Of a DNA stretch of 64,000 nt, positions 39,416 through 47,398 are shown one piece after another (position 1 is the stretch's first letter; every line of letters begins with the position of its first letter). Made by a program: the position numbers and the translations under genes. The notes beneath the pieces are model-generated. The model was given only the letters and a program-made list of their open reading frames with translations. It made no database searches and had not been told where the DNA came from. The DNA is from Clostridia bacterium (GTDB taxonomy: Bacteria > Bacillota > Clostridia > UBA1381 > UBA9506), in the NCBI GenBank assembly GCA_017399695.1, contig JAFQBK010000015.1:22852-86851 (forward strand), written 5' to 3'.

Positions 39416-40720
39416 ATGGCAAAAATCTGGAACCCGGAAGCAGAATGTATGAGCCGGGAAGAAATGCATAAGCTGCAGAGTGAGCGCTTGTGCAGTAAAA
39501 TTAAAGAGATTTATGAAAATGTGCCGTACTACCGCGCAAAAATGGATGAAAAAGGGGTTAGCCCTGCGGATATCCGTTCGGTAGACGATCTTTCCCTGCT
39601 CCCGTTTACGAGCAAGCAGGATTTGAGAGAAGCATATCCTTATGGTCTGTTTGCAAGACCCTTAAAAGATATTGTTGAAATTCACGCCACCAGCGGTACG
39701 ACCGGAAAGCAGGTCATTGCCGGTTATACCAAAAATGATATTGCCCTTTGGGGTGAGGTCATGGCGCGCGTACTTACGGCGGCAGGCGGCGATGAAACAT
39801 CTGTCGTGCAGTCTTCCTACGGCTATGGACTCTTTACGGGCGGTTTGGGTGCGCATTATGGCGCGCAGACGATGGGAGCAATGGCAATCCCGACCTCTTC
39901 GGGCAACACCGAGCGTCAGATTCGCCTGATGAAGGACCTCGGCACGACGATTCTTTGCTGTACCCCGTCCTATGCGACCTTTATCGGGGAAACCATTCGC
40001 GATATGGGACTCGACATCAGTGAATTTAAGTTAAAAGCCGGCGTGTTCGGCGCAGAGCCCTGGACGGTAGAAATGAAGCGAGAGCTTGAAAAGCTGTTAA
40101 ATATTAAAACCATTGATGTTTACGGTCTGACCGAAATTATCGGACCGGGTGTCGGCTTCTCCTGCGAAAAAGAATGCGGCATCCATATCAGTGAGGACCA
40201 CTTCATTCCGGAAATCATCGACCCCGAAACGGGCGAAAACCTGCCCGACGGAACGCTTGGCGAGTTGGTATTTACCTGCGTAACCAAAGAGGGACTGCCG
40301 ATGATGCGTTATCGTACGAGAGATATTACCTCGATTACGCACGAGCCGTGTGAGTGCGGCAGAACGTTGGTGCGAATGGGCAAAATTCAGGGACGCTCCG
40401 ACGATATGCTGATTATCCGTGGTGTCAACGTATTCCCGTCGCAGGTTGAGAGTGCGCTGTTAGACATCACCGATGTAGCGCCTTACTATATGCTCGTGGT
40501 TGACCGTGAGGGAACCCGCGATACTTTAGAGGTTCAGGTGGAAATGTCGCCCGAATTCTTCTCCGACGAGGTGCGTCAGCTGGAAAAACTCGAAAAAGAA
40601 ATTTATGAGAAATTAAAGAGCGCGCTGGGCCTCGCTACCAAGGTCAAACTGGTAGCTCCCAAGAGTATTGCCCGCAGTGAGGGCAAAGCCGTCCGCGTGA
40701 TTGATAAACGTAAAAAATAA
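39416..40720 (+). CDS. paaK: phenylacetate--CoA ligase (PaaK family), copy 2
   Basis: Paralog of 35720-37015 (TSGTTGKQVIAGYT; same architecture). The ATG at 39416 gives MAKIWNPEAE. Confidence 0.85.
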   Translation: MAKIWNPEAECMSREEMHKLQSERLCSKIKEIYENVPYYRAKMDEKGVSPADIRSVDDLSLLPFTSKQDLREAYPYGLFARPLKDIVEIHATSGTTGKQVIAGYTKNDIALWGEVMARVLTAAGGDETSVVQSSYGYGLFTGGLGAHYGAQTMGAMAIPTSSGNTERQIRLMKDLGTTILCCTPSYATFIGETIRDMGLDISEFKLKAGVFGAEPWTVEMKRELEKLLNIKTIDVYGLTEIIGPGVGFSCEKECGIHISEDHFIPEIIDPETGENLPDGTLGELVFTCVTKEGLPMMRYRTRDITSITHEPCECGRTLVRMGKIQGRSDDMLIIRGVNVFPSQVESALLDITDVAPYYMLVVDREGTRDTLEVQVEMSPEFFSDEVRQLEKLEKEIYEKLKSALGLATKVKLVAPKSIARSEGKAVRVIDKRKK

Positions 40721-40738
40721 TAGTTAGGAGTTGATTGT

Positions 40739-41170
40739 ATGTTTGTGAAACAGATTTCGGTTTTTGTTGAGAATGCAAGAGGAACCCTTTCCCGTGTCAC
40801 AGAGGTTTTGGCGGAAAATGGCATCAATATCCGCGCGCTTTCGATTGCCGACACCACAGACTTTGGTATCCTGCGCCTCATTGTGCAGAATCCGGATAAG
40901 GCGGTCGAGGTACTCAGGGCAAACGAGATTACAGTAAAAGCAACCGACGTTTTGGTAGTAGAGATTGACGACCAGCCGGCAGGACTTCATAAGGCGCTGT
41001 CTGCGCTTCGTGATGCCGATGTTCAGGTGGAATATATGTATGCGTTTGTTACGAAAAAGGAAGATGAGGCTTATGTCATCTTAAAATCCGACAACCCGCA
41101 AAAAGCCATGGCGGCACTCACCGCAAAAGGCGTGCGCGTGGTTCCGGCAAAGGATGTTTACGAGCTGTAA
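40739..41170 (+). CDS. ACT-domain (amino-acid-binding) protein
   Basis: 143 aa, two ACT-like beta-alpha-beta-beta-alpha-beta units (QISVFVENARGTLSRVTEVLAENGINI). Confidence 0.7.
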   Translation: MFVKQISVFVENARGTLSRVTEVLAENGINIRALSIADTTDFGILRLIVQNPDKAVEVLRANEITVKATDVLVVEIDDQPAGLHKALSALRDADVQVEYMYAFVTKKEDEAYVILKSDNPQKAMAALTAKGVRVVPAKDVYEL

Positions 41171-41190
41171 ACCGCAAAAATAAAAATAGA

Positions 41191-41218
41191 CTGCCCACCC
41201 GTTCGGGTGGGTAGTTTT
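41191..41218 (+). terminator. intrinsic terminator
   Basis: CTGCCCACCC-gttc-GGGTGGGTAG followed by TTTTG. Confidence 0.7.
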
Positions 41219-41229
41219 GTGAGGAAATT

Positions 41230-42498
41230 ATGAATTACGAACAGTTATTAAAAGAAAAATATGAAATTCCCGCATCGGTACTCAAACTGGCGGAGGAGGC
41301 GGAAGCGGAGCTTGCGGATAAGTTTTTCGAAATTTCTAAAACCGTTTCTTTTAATCAGACCAAGGTGCTTTCCGCCTTCCGTGAAGCGCGGGTCAGCGAG
41401 CAGCATTTGGGCATTACCACAGGCTATGGCTACGATGATGTGGGCAGGGACACCTTAGATGAAATCTATGCCGATGTGTTCGGCGCAGAAAGTGCACTGG
41501 TGCGCCACAGTATCGTTTCAGGTACGCACGCACTCGCGCTGTGCCTGTTCGGCGTTTTGCGTCCGGGCGATGTGATGGTTTCCGTGACGGGAAAGCCATA
41601 CGATACGCTCGAAGAGGTCATCGGTATTCGCGGTACAGGCAACGGCTCACTTCGTGACTGGGGCGTCGATTACCGAGAGGTTGCGCTTCTTCCCGATGGA
41701 ACGCCCGATTTTGAGGCGATAAAACAGGCGATTACACCCGAAGTAAAACTGGTAGAAATTCAGCGCTCGAAGGGCTATGACTGGAGAAAATCACTTTTAA
41801 TTGAAGACATCCGTGCAATTTGCGACTGCGTGCATTCGGTGCGCTCTGACGTGATTTGTATGGTGGATAACTGCTACGGCGAATTTGCAGAGGAACAAGA
41901 GCCGTGTGAGGTGGGTGCAGACCTTGTGGTCGGCTCTCTCATCAAAAATCCCGGCGGCGGTCTCGCACAAACCGGCGCATATATCGCAGGCAAAAAAGAC
42001 TTAATTGAGCAGGTTTCCTACCGCTTAACCTCGCCCGGCATCGGTGCAGAGGTCGGTGCGACGCTCGGGATGAACCGCAGTATGTATCAGGGCTTTTTCA
42101 TGGCGCCTCATGTGGTTGGCGAGGCGATTAAAACCGCGGTTTTTGCGGCTAAAATGCTCGAAAAACTGGGATACCCCGTCTGTCCGACATCTGATGAGGC
42201 ACGCGGCGATATCATTCAGGCGGTCAAACTCGGCGACAGCGAAAAGCTCTGCGCGTTTTGCCAGGGGATTCAGGCAGGCTCGCCCGTGGATGCGTATGTT
42301 ACGCCGATGCCGTGGGATATGCCGGGCTATGAAAATCAGGTGATTATGGCGGCAGGCACCTTTGTTTCCGGCGCAAGCATCGAGATTTCTGCCGATGGTC
42401 CTATCCGCGAGCCTTATATTGCGTATATGCAGGGCGGGCTTACTTATGAGAGTGGGAAGCTTGCGGTCATGTGTGCAGTGAGTAGGATTTTGAAATAA
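41230..42498 (+). CDS. methionine gamma-lyase-family PLP protein (YnbB / aluminium-resistance-like)
   Basis: 422 aa. The TGYGYDDVGRDTLDEIYADVFGAE...SGTHA pattern is remembered from the PF06838 family. Confidence 0.7.
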   Translation: MNYEQLLKEKYEIPASVLKLAEEAEAELADKFFEISKTVSFNQTKVLSAFREARVSEQHLGITTGYGYDDVGRDTLDEIYADVFGAESALVRHSIVSGTHALALCLFGVLRPGDVMVSVTGKPYDTLEEVIGIRGTGNGSLRDWGVDYREVALLPDGTPDFEAIKQAITPEVKLVEIQRSKGYDWRKSLLIEDIRAICDCVHSVRSDVICMVDNCYGEFAEEQEPCEVGADLVVGSLIKNPGGGLAQTGAYIAGKKDLIEQVSYRLTSPGIGAEVGATLGMNRSMYQGFFMAPHVVGEAIKTAVFAAKMLEKLGYPVCPTSDEARGDIIQAVKLGDSEKLCAFCQGIQAGSPVDAYVTPMPWDMPGYENQVIMAAGTFVSGASIEISADGPIREPYIAYMQGGLTYESGKLAVMCAVSRILK

Positions 42499-42509
42499 AT
42501 TTATGATAT

Positions 42510-42544
42510 AAACGAGCAAGGAGATTTTTCCTTGCTCTTTTTTG
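42510..42544. terminator. GAGCAAGG-family intrinsic terminator (T5)
   Basis: AAACGAGCAAGG-agattttt-CCTTGCTCTTTTTT. The T-tract is on the + strand, serving the ynbB-like gene. Confidence 0.7.
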
Positions 42545-43025
42545 TGTGTCGGTTTTTACGATTTTCATTATTATCAGTCATTAACGCCTCCGGCGGGGGT
42601 TGTACTTCTCTTTCGGCCTTGTTTCAATATATTAGCTCTCAGGTCCTGCCGGACGGGCCTTCTTTTGATGCCAAAAGAAGCAAAAGCTCCGGGGGGTCAG
42701 ATTCCCCCCGGACCCCCTAAACTGCCAAGGCTCTGCCTTGGAACCGTTACCACTTACTGCAAAACGATACCTAATATAAATTTATATCTTCCCTGCGCTT
42801 TTGGCAGGTTGTTAACGCTTGTTTTCCGGCGAGTGTGTGCGGCGCAAAAAACGGCGGCGGCAAGCAGAATAAAAATGCATGATCTGCGCCCTACGGCAAG
42901 AGGTTTTCGTCCCTTTTGCCGATACAAAAGGGACCCCCGCCGGAGGCGTTCGTGACTGGAAATATAGAAAAGCGTGGATATCGGCGCACAAAATAAAAAG
43001 AGCAAGGTTTTCTCCTTGCTCTTTT
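42510..43025 (-). repeat. interspersed hairpin-rich element, copy C (complete, with both terminal inverted arms)
   Basis: Arms at 42541-42600 and 42933-42993 are inverted (about 45/60 matches). Core at 42643-42751 is identical to copy D. Bracketed by terminators T5 and T6. Confidence 0.85.
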
Positions 43026-43026
43026 T
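42995..43026. terminator. GAGCAAGG-family intrinsic terminator (T6), serves bofA
   Basis: AAAAAGAGCAAGG-ttttct-CCTTGCTCTTTTT, 3 nt from the bofA stop. Confidence 0.7.
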
Positions 43027-43028
43027 AT

Positions 43029-43295
43029 TTACATTCCCACAATCCATTTCACAAGAATCAACAGCAAAACACCGGGGAGACCCAAAAGACCGGCGATGGT
43101 GGCGGTTGCGATATTGATGCCGATAAAAAAGCCGGTGGGGGCAAAAATCCAGTTAAATATGTAGAGTCCCAAGCCGCCCAAAAGGCTGTTAAAGCCAAGC
43201 CATAAAACCGTTTTGAGCGGACGGAAAAAGATACGGCACAAGACCAAAACCAAGACGCCGGCTAAAATATACGCCGAAACTTCAGCAATTCCCAT
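43029..43295 (-). CDS. bofA: pro-sigmaK processing inhibitor BofA
   Basis: 88-aa two-TM protein with ...NSLLGGLGLYIFNWI...INIATATIAGLLGLPGV.., as in BofA. Follows a yaaL-like gene, as in Bacillus. Confidence 0.7.
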   Translation of the reverse strand: MGIAEVSAYILAGVLVLVLCRIFFRPLKTVLWLGFNSLLGGLGLYIFNWIFAPTGFFIGINIATATIAGLLGLPGVLLLILVKWIVGM

Positions 43296-43623
43296 ACGGC
43301 ACACATCCTTTCTCATCCGGATGAAGACGCGGGGTAAAAAAGCAGGGGTTTTCCGCCTCATCTTTTTTTGCGCAGGATAAAAAATAATTCAGCTTGGTTT
43401 CCTCCGCTTTTATCATATAAATATAGTATTCCTTGACCGCCTCGTCCGTCACAAAATCAAAATTTTCACGGACTAAATCGAGAGCGTTTTTTGCCTGTGC
43501 AATGCGCTCGGTATATTCATAGTTTTTACGGTCGCGCAATTCTTTTTCTTTTTTTGCGAGGCGTGCCGCTTTCCACTGGTTAAGCAGCAGCAGACCTTTT
43601 CGTTCCAGTGATGCAAGCATCAT
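43282..43623 (-). CDS. DUF2508 (YaaL-like) protein
   Basis: About 113 aa. The pattern ...AKNALDLVRENFDFVTDEAVKEYYIYMIKAEETKLNYFL resembles YaaL. GGAGGA RBS before the ATG at 43623. Confidence 0.6.
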   Translation of the reverse strand: MMLASLERKGLLLLNQWKAARLAKKEKELRDRKNYEYTERIAQAKNALDLVRENFDFVTDEAVKEYYIYMIKAEETKLNYFLSCAKKDEAENPCFFTPRLHPDEKGCVPYGNC

Positions 43624-43745
43624 ATTCCATCCTCCGTATTTCTTTATTTTCACTTATAATATAAGCAGAACCCGACCAAAATATGCCCATTTTTTACGCA
43701 AAAAGGAAAAACCGCCCGAGAAAGCCCCGGACGGAGGAGTAAAAA

Positions 43746-43817
43746 TTATTTCATTTTGAAAATTGTTTTCAGGATTCCCCCGAAAAACCGCGGACATTTC
43801 AGCACAACAACCTTCAT
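43746..43817 (-). CDS. spoVM: stage V sporulation protein M (SpoVM), 23 aa
   Basis: Hand translation gives MKVVVLKCPRFFGGILKTIFKMK, which matches the SpoVM pattern MKxxx[IL]KxP[KR]F[LF]GGI (B. subtilis MKFYTIKLPKFLGGIV...). Strong GGAGGGG RBS 5 nt upstream. Below the 60-aa track cutoff. Confidence 0.6.
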   Translation of the reverse strand: MKVVVLKCPRFFGGILKTIFKMK

Positions 43818-43838
43818 TTTAGCCCCTCCTTTTTCAAA

Positions 43839-43988
43839 TTAGCTGCAAAGCCAGCAAAAGGCGATAAATAAGATGAGCACGCCCTCGAAAATGACCAACC
43901 AGATTGGCGGCAATAAAAGACCTGCAAACATCCCCAAAGAAAATGCGATGGCACAAAGCCCCCACAGCCTGAAACGCAAACACCGCAT
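43839..43988 (-). CDS. small hydrophobic peptide (49 aa), putative
   Basis: Hand translation gives MRCLRFRLWGLCAIAFSLGMFAGLLLPPIWLVIFEGVLILFIAFCWLCS. GAAAGGATGG RBS. Ends 21 nt before spoVM. More plausible than the overlapping 79-aa track ORF 43814-44053. Confidence 0.3.
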   Translation of the reverse strand: MRCLRFRLWGLCAIAFSLGMFAGLLLPPIWLVIFEGVLILFIAFCWLCS

Positions 43989-44076
43989 ACAACCATCCTT
44001 TCGCTGCTTTCTTTACTAACAGTATATGGCGGAGGGGGAAATGTGTGATTCAAAAGGGACGTAAAAAATGCGCGAG

Positions 44077-44512
44077 TTTGTGCGACGATGTTTACGGTTG
44101 TTATTATCAGTTACCAACGCCTTCCGCGGGAGTCCCTTTTGTATCGGCAAAAGGGACGAAAACCTCTCGCCGCAGGGCGCAGATCATGCATTTTTATTCT
44201 GCTCGCCGCCGCTTGCCGGAAGACAGAAATGAGTTTAACAACCTGCTTTTATCGCACTTTCGTAATAAATTTATATTAGGTATCGTCTTTTGGTGCGTGG
44301 TAACGGTTCCAAGGCAGAGCCTTGGCAGTTTAGGGGGTCCGGGGGGAATCTGACCCCCCGGAGCTTTTGCTTCTTTTGGCATCAAAAGAAGGCCCGTCCG
44401 GCAGGACCTGGGAACAAATAGATTTGAATTAGGTGGAAAGAGGGGTCCGGTCCCCGCGGAAAGAGTTTGCAACTAAAACAAAAAAAGAGCCGTGATAAAA
44501 TCACGGCTCATC
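44077..44512 (+). repeat. interspersed hairpin-rich element, copy D (degenerate distal arm)
   Basis: Outer arm TTTGTGCGACGATGTTTACGG..., 5'-module hairpin at 44132-44157, core at 44299-44407, degenerate inner arm GGTCCCCGCGGAAAGAG. Followed by the secF terminator hairpin at 44487-44509. Confidence 0.8.
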
Positions 44513-44524
44513 AATGAACAAATA

Positions 44525-45442
44525 TTATCTTTTATGCAATTTGCGGCGTTTTAATTTATCCTGCCACTTTTTAAGACCTGCCCAAACCGGAGCAGCCAAT
44601 AAAACGGAGGAATAGGTTCCTGCCAAAAGACCGACAATCAGCGGAATGGTGAACTGACGAATGGAAGATACGCCGAGAGCAAACAGCATCACAACCGGAA
44701 GTAGCGTAGTGATCGTGGTGCAGATAGAACGGGAAAGCGTCTGTTTTACGCTGTTATTGACCGTTTCATTAAAGTTACCATGCTTTGCACGCTTGTAGTT
44801 TTCGCGCACACGGTCAAACACAACAATCGTGTTGTTGATGGAGTAACCGATGATGGTGAGGATTGCTGCAATCAAGGTCGTATTCAGCGGAATACGGAAG
44901 ATTGCGCAGAACGAAAGCATAATTGCGCAGTCGTGAAGCAGAGCAACAATCGCAGCCACACCCGTCTTAAACTCAAAACGAATGGTGATATAAAGGAGCA
45001 TCAAAAGGGATGCAATCAGTGTTGCCTGTACTGCCTGTGCCTGCAGCTCGCCGCCAACCGTCGCGCTGACGTTGTCCGTTGCAAGCATTGCCTCCGGCGC
45101 AAGTTCATATTTTTCCAAAATCTTATTCTGAATCTGGTCACGAATATCGTTTTCAACGGTTACGGTCTGAATCACAACCTGGTTGTTATCCGAACGCTGA
45201 ACCACCGGGTCGCCGACCGATGCGCCTGCAACCTCTTTGACTAAGTCCTTGACCTCGTCAAGATTTAAGCCCTCCGCTTTTTCGCCGAAATCAACCGTCA
45301 TACTCATACCGCCGGCAAAGTCAATATCCATTGCAAAGCCGCCGTTTACAATCAAAAAGATTCCACCCAAAAGGATGACGAGGATAGAGATGGCCCAATA
45401 GATTTTTGCGTGTTCAACAATTTTCAAGCTCTTTTGTAACAT
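44525..45442 (-). CDS. secF: protein translocase subunit SecF
   Basis: 305 aa, six-TM SecF layout (DFAGG, IVVFDRVRE), directly downstream of secD. Confidence 0.9.
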   Translation of the reverse strand: MLQKSLKIVEHAKIYWAISILVILLGGIFLIVNGGFAMDIDFAGGMSMTVDFGEKAEGLNLDEVKDLVKEVAGASVGDPVVQRSDNNQVVIQTVTVENDIRDQIQNKILEKYELAPEAMLATDNVSATVGGELQAQAVQATLIASLLMLLYITIRFEFKTGVAAIVALLHDCAIMLSFCAIFRIPLNTTLIAAILTIIGYSINNTIVVFDRVRENYKRAKHGNFNETVNNSVKQTLSRSICTTITTLLPVVMLFALGVSSIRQFTIPLIVGLLAGTYSSVLLAAPVWAGLKKWQDKLKRRKLHKR

Positions 45443-45445
45443 CTC

Positions 45446-46741
45446 TTACGCCTCCTTTCTCTTCGAAATGCCATAGAGCCAGGTGTTGGTGATTTTCATA
45501 TTCACCATCTGGCGCAGCAGGAATTTCGTAACAACGATTGCCGTAAACATACTGACGACCGTACCGATGCCCAGGGTAATTGCAAATCCCTGAATCGGAC
45601 CCGTACCGAAGTAGTAAAGAACGACAGCCGCAATGAGTGTTGTGATGTTGGCGTCTAAAATTGCGATGAATGCGCGGTCAAAACCGGCAGAAACAGCCGC
45701 TTTTAAGGTTCTGCCAACCGCGAGCTCTTCCTTCATTCTTGCAAAGATAATGACGTTTGCGTCAACTGCCATACCGACCGACAGGATAATACCTGCGATA
45801 CCCGGCAGGCTTAGGTTGATGCGCAGCCAGCTCATCAAAAATGCAACAATGCCGATGTATGCAACCAAGGAAATATCAGCTAAAAGTCCCGGCAGACGAT
45901 ACACCAAAAGCATGAACAGCATAATCAGAAGAATACCGATACCTGCAGCAACGAGGCTGGTTTCCAGCGAGTGCTCACCTAAGGTAGGTCCAATGCTTCT
46001 AAGCTCTACATCCTTAATGGAAAACGGCAGATTACCTGAGTTAATCAGGGTTGCCAGCTCACTGGTTTCGGAGCTGTCCGTAAAGCCACCGGAAATGATG
46101 CAGTTTGCGGTGTTGATTGCATTATCAACCAACGGCTGACTGATAACAGTTTCATCCAGCATAATCGCAATATAGTTTTTGTTTTCCGTTTTTAAGGTTG
46201 CCGCTTTCTGCGTAGCTTCGGTAAATTTCTGTACGCCAGAATCATTTAAGGTCAGCTCAACATAGTGCTGATTCGGTCCCATTTCCTCCGTCTGACCGTA
46301 GCGGGCTGCGGCATTTTTTACGTCCGTGCCCTCCAACACAACATTTCCGTCAGCATCACGGAAGGTCAGCTTTGCCGTCTGTCCGAGCGTCTTGACCGCT
46401 TCCTGCGGGTCCTGAATTGCCGGAATTTCTACGCGCACCTTCTTGTCTCCCTGACGGGAAACGGTAGCCTCGGTATAGCCGAGTGCACTTAAGCGCTTAC
46501 GCAGAACATTGACCACAGATTCCATCTCTGCATCTGTTGCCGAGTCTGTGTCTGCCTCATAAAGAATCGATGAGCCTCCGACTAAGTCAAGGCCCTGACG
46601 AATACCATAATCTTCATCGAGCGCAGACGGATAGCTTACATGCCAGCCGGCGATATTAAAGTTCATTCCGAACAGGAATACGCTTGCACCCAATGCAATA
46701 ATCAGTATTACGATAACTAATTTGGTAATACTCTTACCCAT
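45446..46741 (-). CDS. secD: protein translocase subunit SecD
   Basis: 431 aa with GLDLVGG and GPTLG motifs and an LPGIAGIILSVGMAVDANVIIF TM block. Confidence 0.9.
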   Translation of the reverse strand: MGKSITKLVIVILIIALGASVFLFGMNFNIAGWHVSYPSALDEDYGIRQGLDLVGGSSILYEADTDSATDAEMESVVNVLRKRLSALGYTEATVSRQGDKKVRVEIPAIQDPQEAVKTLGQTAKLTFRDADGNVVLEGTDVKNAAARYGQTEEMGPNQHYVELTLNDSGVQKFTEATQKAATLKTENKNYIAIMLDETVISQPLVDNAINTANCIISGGFTDSSETSELATLINSGNLPFSIKDVELRSIGPTLGEHSLETSLVAAGIGILLIMLFMLLVYRLPGLLADISLVAYIGIVAFLMSWLRINLSLPGIAGIILSVGMAVDANVIIFARMKEELAVGRTLKAAVSAGFDRAFIAILDANITTLIAAVVLYYFGTGPIQGFAITLGIGTVVSMFTAIVVTKFLLRQMVNMKITNTWLYGISKRKEA

Positions 46742-46921
46742 TTTCGTTTTCCTCCTTTGTTATAATCACATAGAATAATTATATATATTTATTTACGTTT
46801 CGTCAACCATTATATGTAATTTTAATCAAAATGTAATGCTTTTATGGGTCGTTCCCGCTTGACAGAGAAAGGGAAAAAGACTATAATAAAGTTGTCGAAT
46901 TTTTACGAAAAGAGGGAGACA

Positions 46922-47335
46922 ATGAAAAAATTTATAGACGAGTTTAAAACCTTTGCACTCCGCGGTAACGTGGTGGACTTAGCAGTCGGCGTTATTATCG
47001 GCGGTGCGTTCCAGACGATTGTAAAATCGCTCACGAATGATATCTTGATGCCCCTGATTGGTCTGTTTGTCAGAACCGACTTTCAGGAAGTTGCCGTCAA
47101 GGTGATGGATGTGGATATCCGCTATGGTGCATTTATCTCCGCCGTCATCAACTTCTTCATTATGGCGTTTATTATTTTCCTTTTGGTCAAGGGAATCAAC
47201 AAACTGACCAGCCTTGGCAAAAAGAAAGAGGAAGTGATCGAGGCAGTAACCACCAAGACCTGCCCGTTCTGTAAGAGCGAGATTGCGATTGAGGCAACGA
47301 GATGCCCGCATTGTACCTCCGTACTCGAAGAGTAA
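46922..47335 (+). CDS. mscL: large-conductance mechanosensitive channel MscL with a C-terminal zinc-ribbon tail
   Basis: MKKFIDEFKTFALRGNVVDLAVGVIIGGAF is the canonical MscL N-terminus. The C-terminus has CPFC...CPHC. Confidence 0.85.
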   Translation: MKKFIDEFKTFALRGNVVDLAVGVIIGGAFQTIVKSLTNDILMPLIGLFVRTDFQEVAVKVMDVDIRYGAFISAVINFFIMAFIIFLLVKGINKLTSLGKKKEEVIEAVTTKTCPFCKSEIAIEATRCPHCTSVLEE

Positions 47336-47398
47336 AAAGATAAAACGCTTGCGAATGTTGTTCGCAAGCGTTTTTCACCGAAAAGAAAGGGGGAAATA

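Noticed and set aside
43814-44053. 79-aa track ORF upstream of the yaaL-bofA cluster.
   Set aside because: It has an implausible Cys/Ser/Gly-rich sequence and no RBS. An alternative-frame 49-aa hydrophobic ORF with an RBS, plus spoVM, explains the region better.
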